Assembly (NCBI RefSeq): GCF_001447785.1
Contig: NW_015164664.1
Span: 425,924-489,923, forward strand
Length of the DNA: 64,000 nucleotides
Source of the DNA: Gekko japonicus
Lineage: Eukaryota
Direction: 5' to 3'
Part shown: piece after piece, positions 25,801 to 36,751 of the stretch
Position numbering within the stretch: position 1 is the stretch's first letter
Layout: each line of letters starts with the position of its first letter
Made by a program: the position numbers and the translations under genes
Notes under the pieces: generated by a model
Told to the model about the DNA's origin: nothing
Seen by the model: only the letters and a program-made list of their open reading frames with translations
Database searches by the model: none

Positions 25801-28800
25801 GATGCTGGTGGGGGGACTCCATGGCATTGTGTATCAAAGAGGTCCCTGAACTTCACAAGCTTCACCCCCAAATCTCCAGGAGATTCCCAACCTCGATCTG
25901 GCAACCATCCCCCATCCCCTACTGGTGGCCATGAGGTGTGTAGCAGCCTAGCTCCGGTGGTGCTTTTTAGAAATCAGGCTAAGATATTATTTATATTATG
26001 CACACATTTCCTTGCCCTTCAAAAAAGCTGTTCCTACCTTTGCTGGTAGAATTTCCCTCCCAAAAGACAGGGCCGGCTGGCAGACTCCAAAGGTCGGTGG
26101 TCCCACATTTATCATTTATCTTACTCCTTATGTAGAAGGTATACAGTTTCTTCGGGTCCACACTGGCCAAGATGAACTTCATCTCTTCTGTTGCTGCAGT
26201 CTGGAAGGCAACATGAAAGAGGTATGGAAAGCACCAGCTCCCTCTACCAGCCAGGTGGCTCCTACCCCATTACTTTAGAGGGGGAGCCGCTTATGTCCCC
26301 CACCTGCTCTTTGACTGACACTTGCTCTGCATCTGCAGTGCACTAGGGGTCTATGGGACAGTAATGAGGTGTCAAGATGGCAGGCAAGAATGTGACGGCC
26401 ATGTGCTTTACAAGGTGCTGCAGGTTCTAAAAGGCCAAACTATTTCCTGATAAATATGGAATGGGGATATGTGAACATTAAAGAAGAAGACGAAGAAGAG
26501 ATTGGATTTATACCCCACCCTTCACTACCCGAAGGAGTTTCAGAGCAGCTTACAACCCCTTTCCCTTCCCACAACAGACACCCTGTGAAGTAGGTGAGGC
26601 TGAAAGAGCTCTTTCGAGAACTGCCCGTGAGAGAATAGCTCTGAAAGGACTTGTGGATGACCCAAGGTCACACCAGCAGCTGCATGTGAAAGAGGGCAGC
26701 ATCAAACCTGGTTCTCCCAGATTAGAGTCCGCACTCTTAACCACTACACCAAGATTTCTGTGTTTGTTTGGGGAATATTGAATGGCAATATTAGAGATGT
26801 ACTTTTATTTTTGGAAACACCTAAAACAGAAAAACAAGCACACACACACCCCAATTTGTGTTCTGGATAAAACAAAACACACAACTGACAATTTGGGCAA
26901 AGGTTGAAGAGTGTGTAGCATTGACTTGGGGATCAATACCCAACTTAGTTGCGGCCTTTCAGCTCAGAAACAACAGATATCTAATCCTGAACTTGGCCTT
27001 TGAGTGCAGATCAAAACCTCCACACAATGGACTCAGGTACAGAAAGACAAAATGTTTCTACAGACCTGAGAAAAATCCCAGGTTTGCAGAAAAATCCCAA
27101 AAATAAAGAGAAGGGAGGAACTCAAGCAACCCCCCCCCCAAAAAAAACTATATGAAGTCTTGTGATACTATATTGTAAGATCACAGTTACGACCTGGACA
27201 GAGGTAGTTTAGAGCAGACAGTGTGTTTCCATTGCTAGAGGAGGGCTCAAGGAGGAAAGCACATCTGGAACACTTTTTGCCCCAAGCCCAGATCCCTGAT
27301 TAGCTGGCTGGCACTGGCTGAGGGAGGGAGGCTTAGAGGAGAAAGCACTTATCACAATGGGAGCCCCAGGGACCAACAGGAGAGGATACAACGGGATGTT
27401 CCTTCTCGTGCAAGTATTCACAGGTCCCCTACTGGTTCTGTGTAGTAGGCTTCAGCAATAAGAACACAGGTGCTTCTGGGAAGTTAATACACTCTACTGC
27501 ATTTACAAATCGGTCTCCCTCCAAGACCAAGATTCAGCCAAACTGAAATTATTCCTTACTAGGCTACAGAGTGAAAACAAGCACAGGGGGAGCCCACTGC
27601 CTTTCTGAAAGTTTTCAATCCCCATCCCCCCGACACTACTATTACCTACACTGGAGGAGTCTAGGACTGCCAACTCCAAGTTGGGAAATTCCTGGAGATT
27701 TGTGAGTAGAATTTAGGAAGAGTAGTATTAGAGGAGGCCAGGAACCTCAGCAGGGTATAAGGCTATAGACTGAGTTTACCCTCCAAAGCAGCCATTTGCT
27801 CCAAAAGAAGTGATCTCTGTTGTTTGGAGATCAGCTGCAATTCTAGAAAATCACCAGGTCGCACCTGGAGATTGACAAGTTGGAGACGTTAGTGCCAGTT
27901 GCAGCCCAGTTGGTGTTGACCACCTGGAAATTGACAAGCCCAGAGCTGGAGACGATAGTGCCAGTTGCAGCCCAGTTGGTGTTGACTGCCCATTGTGAAG
28001 GCTTCCACCTATAGTGGCAATACCATTCTTTTGCCACCCCCCAACTGTTCTCAGCAGGACAAGGAGGAGAGCCAGTACCTTTGACTTGGTGTCTGTGCTG
28101 CTGTGGTACTCCACCATATGTAACAGACAGTGTGGGGCTTTGTATGTTGAGCCCCAAGTCAAATGCAGCTGGTTGTTTCCTGAGCCCTGGATGGTGAGGT
28201 TGACAGGTGGGTTGGGTTTCACTAGAGGAGAGAAAGGTACAATGTTTAGCTTCTTAAGTAGGGTGGCCAGCTCTAAGCTGGGAAATACTTGGACATTTTG
28301 GGGATGGAGCCTGAGGAGGGCTGGTATGGGGAGGGGAGAGGCTTTAATAATGGGGTATAATGTTAAAGAGTCCACCTTCTAATGTGGCTATTTTCTCCAG
28401 GTGAACTGATCTCTGTCACCTGGAGATCAGTAACCCCAGGAGATCTCCAGCCACTACCTGAAGGCTGGCAATCCTATCCAAAGGCACCCTTGGTCATACC
28501 TCTTGATATGGCTGTTGGGAATTTCTGGGTTTCCCTTCCTACCATCTAATTCTGCTCCAACATACATTGCTTTTTTAAATGAAGCTTTTTATCCACATTC
28601 CCTCCCAAATTGCAGCAGATCTAAAATGGTGGCTTCTGCATGAAATTGTCACACTTCCGCCAACCTTCTGAGTCTCCCTTGGCTGTTCTGCAGGTCAGAT
28701 TGCCAACTCTGGGTTGGGATGTTCCTGGAGATTTGGGGTGTGTGGTCTTTGGGAATGGGAGGCATCTCACTGGGGTATAATGCCATAAAAATCCACCTTC

Positions 28801-31800
28801 TGAAGCAGCTGTTTTCTCTTGGGGGAACTGATCTCTGTAGTTTGGAAATCACTTATAATACTGGGAGAACACCAGGCTCCACCTGGAGCTTGGCAACCCT
28901 AAAGGTGACAGGTCTGGAAGGGGGCTGATCTGCCCAGCTCTGCAATTTGGGCCCAGTTTTTCTCATCAAAAGAGCAGAGGAAGCAGTAAAGCTGTTTCTG
29001 GGTTTTACCACTTCAGACTGCTGGTGGAGTTCAGATGTTCAAATGCTCCTGCATATCAAAACAAATTCCTGCACTTGGAAACCTGATATGTCAGAAAGAA
29101 CCCCTTCTCTCTTTAAAAATAAATAAAACAAAAATGGTAAAAACAAATCAAAAGCCAATAAAACCAGCTTAAGTAAAAGCACCAAACGATAAAAGCAAGC
29201 ACCAACAATACCCTTAAAAAGCACCACTGCAGGGGGGGGAACTATGGGACATAAAATCTCTTTAGCAGAAACTAAACATCAAACAGCCGGCCAAAAACAA
29301 CAACAGAGCAACAGATGATGTATGTGTGTGCATGCACTCATGCACCAAATGGCCAGAAAAAAAAGCAATGTTTCCATCTCAAGTGTAAGGTGTCAGGTGG
29401 ACAGAGAGGGAGAGGCAGTTCAGCAGCTGAGGTGCATGTCACTACAGAGAATGCCCTGCTCCACCTCTGTCAACAGGGGCACACATCAGAGGGATTCTGA
29501 AGACATAGATCTGAATGTTGAGGCAGGAGTTGTCCTCGTTTACTACCCCCTAACATTCCAGGGGGGGGGATTCTCCTTCTTTTCCCACTTTTTGTTTTGC
29601 AATTGGGAGAAAATGAAGGATGGGGGGGTACTGTCTTAAATCAAGTAACCCTAAGCCTCTGGGGTCTGTGCCTTCATGTGCTGTACTTGGCATGGCTGGC
29701 TGGTCATGGAATAGTCACGACTATCAACCAGTATCTCTAGCAACAGCAAGCTGCTACATCTCAGCTGCTGGACTCCTACCAGAGAGCGAGAATCAAAAAA
29801 GGTCAGTTGGTAAACTTTTGGGGGATGTTTGCCTCAGGGAGCAGTGATGCTTTTAAGACATGGAGGAGAGTTTGCAGCCTTGGCAGAGGGACCCAGTACA
29901 GCAGGGCCATGATTTTGGGTCTCAGGCTGTGGTTTGGTCCTCTAGGACACCATACCTAGGTCTTGCAGTTGCATGGTGTGGCTTCTGTAGAAGTGTCTGC
30001 TGCCATTGTTGCTTGTATTGAGATAAACATTGAAGGAACGAAAAATATGAATCTGGCTGCGGTTGAACCAGCATCCCATGTTGACACCATCACTTTGGAG
30101 ATAATGCTCACACTCTGCAATGGGATCTTGTTTATACCTGGGGAGAGGGAAGAGGGTTAGAGTGAATCTTCTGTTACAGGCAGCCCACAGGGATCCCCAA
30201 TTATAGGGAATCAGAGTTGCCCACGGAGACAGGCCATATGGGCAGCTTTGCACTGAACAAGGCCAGGCATGCATAACCTTGTTGAACCTGTAAGCATTTT
30301 TATAATTTTAAGAAAGGGTAGTACCACAAAATGGCTGGCATGGGGGGGTTGGGTGGAGAGGCTAGTCACACAATGCCGCCCACTTTTACTGTTCCTTGCA
30401 TCACTCACAGTGGAAAGAATTTGGACTAATATAGATTCTCCAGCCAGGGAGACCACCAAGGAAGACTCTGCAGAGGAAGGCAATGGCAGGCCACCTCTGC
30501 TTCTCCCTTGCCTCGAAAGCCCCTTGCTGTGACTTGACAGCACTTTACACATACACAAACACACACACACACATACACAGCTTTTTCCAGCCACAGTAAC
30601 ACTATTAAGGCAGGTTTCAAACTCATAAGAAAATCCGTGTCTCTGGCCAAGCTGAAGGTGCACTGCTGTGATATGCCTGACTGATATGAGCTCAATCAAC
30701 AGGCAGAGTATAACCTGAAGCTCCTTGGTCTTATCCTTTCTGCTCCATTCTAGACCATTTGGATTTAACCCCCAAGGTTCAAGAAGCAAATGAGAGACAG
30801 AAGAGAACACCAGGCACTGTGGTGTCCCTCATGGGCACTGTGTTAGGGAATCGCTAAATGAGACTAACCCTCAGCTCAAAAGAACACAAATAACTTTCAG
30901 CAGGTCTGAATCTTTCTCACTATGAGACGGAGCAATCCAGAGAAAAATGTTCCAGCCACTGCCATAAGCCAATGTGCTGAGCGAGCAGAGAAGACTTTCA
31001 ATGGTGGGTGTCTCTCAAAACTCAAAGAATTTGGACCGGTGAAGAGCCTTCAACCACAGAAGAACCAGGAAGAGAGAAACTCTACCTGCACTGCTGAATC
31101 TGGCAACCATACCAGGTACCTTTTTATTTCCCCCTTCTTCTTCTTCCTGGGCAAAAAGAATGGTGAAACATCCCCCTCCACATCCATCAACATCAATCAC
31201 AGCCACCAAGGATCAGTTCCTCAAATGGATCTGCTGGTCCCAAATTGTGGTCACTGACACTTTGTGATCCACAGGTGCATGGCATGTTGTATCAAAGGGA
31301 TGCCATATTTCCCCAGAGGACACCTGTACCATTGGCATCCTTTGTGTTATAGGGGAGGGTCTAACCCAGATGTGGAAGTGTGGCTGATGGTTGATTACAG
31401 ATGAAGCTTGCTTCAGGAGCAGAAGAAATGTGGCAAACGGGTGATGGACCTGGGAAGAAGGCAATCCCAGAAGATGGGCAGGGGAGGAGGGGCCCCAAGG
31501 ATGACACGGTAAAAGGAACATACCAGTAGTAGAGGGAGTAATTGGAGGCTGGTTTCTGGCTGCTGTCCCACTCACAGGTCATGTAGTCGTCATTGAAGAC
31601 GATGCACTTCACCTCTGGAAAAGAGTAGACAGCCCAGCAGGGCTGAGTGAGCTTCGAAGACTCTTGTCAGAGATCCTGGACAATGCATGTTGTGCTCTAC
31701 CCATCTACATCCTACTCTGCTCAGGAAGCAGCAAACAAGAAGGCAGAGGCTGTTGTCCATTCCTTGGAGCAACCCAGCCTTCCGCACTCTGGATTTGGTT

Positions 31801-33019
31801 AATAATCAAGGGTGGCTCAGCAGCTCCCCAGCTCAGGTTGGCTTGGTTTGCCCCCTTCCTGGCCAGCTCTAAAGTCCTCCCTCAGGCTACCTGGAACTTG
31901 CCCGCCATTTTCTTGAAAGCCTCAACAGAGGTTCCAGTTCTCTCCAGGCTGCTTGTGTTGTGAATGGGTCTTATCACACAAGGCAGTTAGTCTTAATGTT
32001 ACTGTATCACGGAGGAAGCCATAGACTGAGCCAGCTCAACTCGGGAAGAAAAAAAGTTTGTCTCAGCTCAGAGGGGCCTTCCTGCACCCCAGTTATAGCA
32101 TTCCCAACCTCCCTTGCAACTTTTGCTTTGGAAAACGTGCTGATTGTTTTGGTGTCTTTTTTCTTCAGTGGCCACAGTTGATGGTCAGGCACCTGCAGCA
32201 AAAAGGCATGTGGGTCTGCAGGCAGGCAATGGCAATAAATTCCTTGGGAACCCTTCTCAGCAACTTAGGGAGCATTCCCCAAGCCGGCAGGGTTGAGGAC
32301 TGGTGGTGGTGGTGGGGGGACTGTGGTGCAGTGATAGAGCATCTGCGTACCACGCAGAAGGTCCCAGGTTCAGTCCCTGGCATCTCTAGTTAAAGATAGG
32401 ATCAGATAGTAAGTGACATGAAAGACCTCTGCCTTAGACATCAGTAGTTACCAACCTCCAGGTGGGGCCTGGAGATCCCCTGGCATTACAACTGATCTCC
32501 ATATTGCAGAGATTAGTTCCCCTGGAGAGAACAGCCGCTTCGGACAGTGGACTCCATGACATCACATTCCTGCCGAGTTCCTTCCCCTCCCCAGGCTCCA
32601 TCTTCTCCAGGCTCTACCCACAAATCTCCAGGAATTTCCCAACCCAGAGCTGGCAACCCCAGTCACCTTGGAGAGTTACTGCCATTCTGAGCAGACAATA
32701 CTGACCTTGTTGGACAAATGGTCTGATTCAGTATATGGCAGCTCTGTGTGTTCATGCGTAGACACTTGGGTCAATTCACACATGAATGCAAAGAAAGCCA
32801 TCCACTACTGCAGCTGAACAGGCCCAAGCCTGAAGATTTGCGGATGTGCTCAGATAGAAAACCATGAGGTTCATTTCTCACCCATCCTTCTGCCTTCTCT
32901 ATGANNNNNNNNNNNNNNNNNNNNNNNNNNNNNNNNNNNNNNNNNNNNNNNNNNNNNNNNGGTCCCAAGAAGAGCAGGGCCAGCATCAGGAACATCTTGG
33001 GTTTCTTGGAGACATCCAT
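16665..33019 (-). CDS. IL2RG: Interleukin-2 receptor common gamma chain (CD132), 8 exons
   Basis: Exons 33019-(gap 32905-32960), 31524-31614, 29956-30137, 28079-28221, 26038-26200, 20187-20298, 18002-18086, 16665-16850. Exons 2-8 splice in frame with the gamma-c exon phases. Signal peptide, four D1 cysteines (KCIVFNDDYMTCEW; ECEHYL...MGCWF), FnIII D2, TM helix, Box1 (MPKIPNP), EELFTAYQGNFSEWAGV. Head-to-head with MED12 as in mammals. Confidence 0.95.
18002..18086 (-). CDS. IL2RG: IL2RG exon 7 (Box1: VWLVLMPKIPNPSNKFEELFTAYQGNFS)
   Basis: ctttttccag acceptor, TCA|GTAAGA donor, phase 2-0. Confidence 0.93.
19316..19530 (-). mobile_element. tRNA-derived, L2-tailed SINE (Squam3-like)
   Basis: Shared body cacaacagacaccctgtgaggtagg...cccaaggtcacccag...caaacccggttctcc. 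Related copies at ~4970-5165, ~26485-26752 and ~56865-57065. Confidence 0.7.
19568..19916. mobile_element. hAT-Charlie-like non-autonomous DNA transposon
   Basis: Perfect 8-bp TSD gtctaggc (19560-19567; 19917-19924), close to the NTCTAGAN Charlie target; degenerate TIRs. Confidence 0.7.
20187..20298 (-). CDS. IL2RG: IL2RG exon 6 (transmembrane: VWFWIQNVVFPIGSFLLLILLFLTLMRVER)
   Basis: tactttgcag acceptor, AG|GTGAG donor, phase 1-2, hydrophobic helix. Confidence 0.92.
22129..22716 (-). mobile_element. CR1 LINE 3' fragment
   Basis: LYKSMVRPHLEYCVQFWSPH...GLFSLGKQWLRGDMIKVYKIMHG with a frameshift. Confidence 0.9.
26038..26200 (-). CDS. IL2RG: IL2RG exon 5 (SVDPKKLYTFYIRSKINDKCGTTDLWSLPAGPVFW)
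   Basis: gccttccag acceptor, G|GTAGG donor, 163 nt; aligns with human [35 protein letters not shown]. Confidence 0.93.
28079..28221 (-). CDS. IL2RG: IL2RG exon 4 (VKPNPPVNLTIQGSGNNQLHLTW...HCLLHMVEY)
   Basis: tctcctctag acceptor, AAG|GTACTG donor, phase 1-0. Confidence 0.92.
29956..30137 (-). CDS. IL2RG: IL2RG exon 3 (YKQDPIAECEHYLQSDGVNMGCWF...MQLQDL)
   Basis: ctctccccag acceptor, G|GTATG donor, phase 2-1. Confidence 0.93.
31524..31614 (-). CDS. IL2RG: IL2RG exon 2 (VKCIVFNDDYMTCEWDSSQKPASNYSLYYW)
   Basis: cttttccag acceptor, TG|GTATGT donor, phase 1-2. Confidence 0.93.
32961..33019 (-). CDS. IL2RG: IL2RG exon 1 coding part (signal peptide MDVSKKPKMFLMLALLFLG; 3' end in N gap)
   Basis: ATG at 33017-33019 followed by a hydrophobic stretch; donor hidden in gap 32905-32960. 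Confidence 0.75.
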
Positions 33020-33094
33020 CCCCCTCGTTCTGGGCCTCACGAGGAGGGTGCTGTGCAGAAGAGCTTCATATGCAGAATGGAAGGCCAAGCAGGA

Positions 33095-33170
33095 GGGATG
33101 TGGTTTTGAGGCTGATCGTGGGCCCAATGATACTCGATTTCTGCCTGTCAGGGTTTCCTGTGGAAAGCCC
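33095..33170 (-). promoter_or_regulatory. IL2RG proximal promoter with ETS and RUNX motifs
   Basis: Minus strand CTTTCCACAGGAAACCCTGACAG (33145-33167) contains a GGAA ETS core. RUNX motif TGTGGTT at 33099-33105. Located 80-150 nt upstream of the ATG. Confidence 0.65.
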
Positions 33171-33833
33171 CAGCACTTTGCTGTGATGAGGTGGTGGTAG
33201 AAGAACTGCATAATCTTCAACAGACTTGGGCAGGCTGCATGCTAAAAACCTACTCTAGGAGACAACAAGAGCAAATGACCAGAGTGGAGGAATATGGTGA
33301 TAGGTCCTGCCCACTGCTGCTCCCACTCACTCCCAGGCACTGCTGCACTGTGTTTGTGGGCCAGTTGTTGACATTACAGGTACCTCAGGTGGCATATCAC
33401 TGTGGAGACTCTAGCAAGAAAATGGCCTTGTCCTGGGCCATCTTAGGGTTGTCAGCTGGTGGTGGCATGGAGGGCATCAGTGTTGCGCATGGCTTGGTAT
33501 CACTTCCAGAGAAAAACAGATGTTAAGACACATTGGTGTATGCATCTCCCAAAACTCAATGGTAAAACCATAGAGTTTCTGGTGATTCCTAGAGCAGTGT
33601 GATGTCACACCATGTACACCACTGGCAATATATTTTCTCCAGACACTGCTTGGAGCAGCTGTGGGAAGAAAGGGTTGCTGGTGGGAGGTCCTGGCAACCC
33701 TAGGTGACCAAGTCCCTCCCAAAGATCCTGCCTCCTCTCCCCTTATCTTGCAGGATTGCATCTTCATTCCTCCCAGCGTGGCCTGTTGTCCGGCCCCCCT
33801 TGACTAAGGACTGTTTAGTGGCTGCCCCGTGCC

Positions 33834-34175
33834 CAGGGGTCATTTCGTAGAAAAAGAGCTAGGGGAACTCATTAGCATAACTCATTAGCATATGCCACAC
33901 CCCCTGACATCAGGGGCCCGGCGGTGGACCTGCAAGGCCAGCGGGAGTGTGAGGAAGCCCCGCCAAGGCCCTCCCTGGCCCCAGGCAGGCAGGGGTGGGG
34001 AGAGGCGGGGAGGGAGCAACTTACCCTCCCTCTTCTCCTGCCTCCTCCTGGTTGATTGAGGGCTGGAAGTGGGTCGGCCGGAAGCAGGGGGCGGGGCTTC
34101 GTCATGTGCCCCGTCCCCCTGCACCTCACCCGGGGGAGCTGCGTTCCCCCGTGTTCCCCCCTGAAATGACCTCTG
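33834..34175. mobile_element. hAT-type MITE upstream of IL2RG
   Basis: TIRs CAGGGGTCATTTC / GAAATGACCTCTG; perfect TSD cccgtgcc (33826-33833; 34176-34183). Confidence 0.85.
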
Positions 34176-34772
34176 CCCGTGCCTATGAAATACATTCCTT
34201 AAAGAGGGCTGGTGGGAGTTTCTACTCTCCTGGATTCCATGATATTGAAAGACACAATTGTTCTAGAGAACTTTGGGGGCAGCTTGAGCCCGGACAAAGG
34301 GGAAACACCCTGCTGGTGTGGACATCAGGTGTTTCTAGGCTGGCTTTACACTGTTTTATATCTGTTGTTTTAAGGTTTATTGTTTTATTATTGGGTCCAG
34401 AGATACTTGGGAGAAAGGAAGGTAAGTAAATAAATAAATACATAAATCTGTCTCCTTATGGCTGCTGGAGAGTTTTGTCCATCCTCTCTTCCTGACCACT
34501 GAGGGCAGCTGAACTCTTAATTTTGCTCCTCAGTAAGGCAAAGAGGAAGAGTGGAGAACGGAGTAGGGGTTGTATTGGCCGCATTCTGTCCCTCTGCCTG
34601 CAGGCATTCCAAGGGTGAGGTAGGACCTCTGGATAAAGGAGTCCCTTCAGACAGTTTTGTGATTGTGTCAGGCAAGTACAGCATCTGTGACTGCTCACCT
34701 CGCACCCTAAGAGGCCTCATTCATTTTTAAGAATGACACCAATTGGTGGCTCATGAAGAATTGCCAGAAGAG

Positions 34773-36751
34773 CGATTTTGGTGACTCCCCGGTCGGGTGC
34801 ACACCATCGAGCTCTGATGTGAGCACCCCGAATCACAGCGGGCGGGAGGGGATGCGGGGTGATTCTGAGCCCCCCAGAGCCCTTGTAGGAGGCTCTCAGC
34901 CTGGGATGCAAGGGGCGCCTCTTCCAAGGCGACGGCCGAGGAATCGAGGTACCTCTTTACTCCAATAGGTCCTGCCGCCACAAGGCCAATATGGTGAAGA
35001 GGTGCACACCGGATGAAAGTGGGTGTTGTGTACCCCTGTGAAAAACAGTGGTTCCTGAGCAGCAGTTTGGAGGCAAAGGTGACGGTAGCGACAAAGGAAA
35101 GTTTAATTAAGGCGAACAGGGTGCAAAACAGCCCAAAGCAAAGTAAAACCAATGTCGGTGAGAGGAGAGAAAATGGTGTTGAAAAAAAAGACCTTCTCCA
35201 GGAACTATCAATTCAGTGACCTCTACTCTTAAGCCGGAAGTAGTTACTGACTTCCCAAATATGATGGCAGTGGCGTTGTGCCCTCTGTTGGACCAGATGT
35301 CTAACATCAATAATAAGCTTGATTGTTTCCAGAAACAACTGATGGGAACAGACAAGAGAGCAGACGAAACTGACAAAGCAGTTAAACAAGTTGATGCTAA
35401 GACAGACTCTATCAAACAAAGACTGGAGATCGTGGAAAAAGAACGGATCTCTGACAAAGAGCAATTGCTACAGCTTCAAATGGAGAAATCATTGTGAGTT
35501 CTGCATGTCCAGGGCATCCCAGAACAGAAAGGGGAGAATTTAAAAGAAATATTAAGCAAAGCATTGGCACCAGTGGTAGGTTTCAAAGCAGATTTATTAC
35601 AAAGTGATATGGATTTGGTTTATCGAACCTATCCAGACTTTATTAAGAAAAATAACCTACCTGCTGAAGTATTTGTTAAATTCTCCAAAAGATCAACTAG
35701 AGATGCAGTTTTGAAAGTGACAAATGGGAAATCTCTGAAAATTAAAGAAGAAGCAGCAAAGATTTTGAAGGATATTCCATTTAAGATACGAAAGCAGAGA
35801 CGGCAATATAAAAATTTAACCTCCTTTTTGCATAACCACTCCATTCCCTTCAGATGGACATTTCCAGAAGGACTTATATTCAACTACAGAAAAGACAAAG
35901 ATTGACTCTGCTCAAAAAGCAAAGATTTTCCTGGAACAACAACTAAGAGCGACAAAAGACAAAAGGAAAACAGGGAACAACATACAAGAAGAAGAAAAGA
36001 GTGATCAAGATACAGAAGATAGTTTAAGTTTTGTTGATAGTTCTTCAGAAGGTTCTGATTCTGAAAAAGGAGTTGGAGCTCCTAAAACTCTCAAAGTTAA
36101 GATGAAATATGATAAAAATAATCACAAGAAATAATTGTTTTTTAATGCTTTTAATGTAATTAAAGTTTATTCTTTGTATAAAATAATTGTCTGCAATGTA
36201 CCCACAAGTTGGTTAAATGGGCTTAATTTAGCTTAACTGATATTTGAAATAAGGCATACAGTATCACCCTTTTATTTTTTTATCTTTCTTCTATTGTTAA
36301 ACTGCAGGAATGACAAATAAGGTTAACTGTCTGCAATATGATCTTTGCTTTACTTTTGTAATTCACATTTTTAGTTTTAATATTCTCTTTGCACTTGTTG
36401 GAGCTCCTAAAACTCTCAAAGTTAAGATGAAATATGATAAAAATAATCACAAGAAATAATTGTTTTTTAATGTAATGAAAGTTTATTCTTTGTGTAAAAT
36501 AATTGTCTGCGATGTACACACAAGTTGGTTAAATGGGCTTAATTTCTTAACTGATATTTGAAATAAGCCATACAGTATCACCCTTTTATTTTTTTCTCTT
36601 TCTTCTATTGTTAAACTGCAGGAATGACAAATAAGGTTAACTGTCTGCAATATGATCTTTGCTTTACTTTTGTAATTCACATTTTTAGTTTTAATATTCT
36701 CTTTGCACTTCCTTTCGCTTTTGTAGTGTTTGTAATTATAAAAAATAAAAA
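34773..36751 (+). mobile_element. ORF1-only L1-derived retroposon (half-L1/HAL1-like), ~2 kb, apparently complete
   Basis: GC-rich 5' end, then a disrupted L1-ORF1p-like frame 35173-36134 (coiled coil, VQGIPE, IPFRWTFPEGLIF), AT-rich 3' UTR, A-rich tail. 14-bp TSD aattgccagaagag (34759-34772; 36752-36765). No ORF2 sequence. Confidence 0.8.
36072..36710 (+). repeat. Tandem duplication of ~320 bp inside the half-L1 element
   Basis: Units 36072-36396 and 36397-36710 both start gttggagctcctaaaac and end ctttgcactt, with scattered differences. Confidence 0.9.

Noticed and set aside
32771-33220. 149-aa ORF as a longer IL2RG N-terminus
   Set aside because: The upstream part overlaps the promoter motifs and would bury the signal peptide; the ORF also runs through an N gap.
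35173-36134. Functional L1TD1-like host gene at this locus
   Set aside because: Two frameshifts and one stop, plus an A-tail and TSD, mark a dead retroposed copy.
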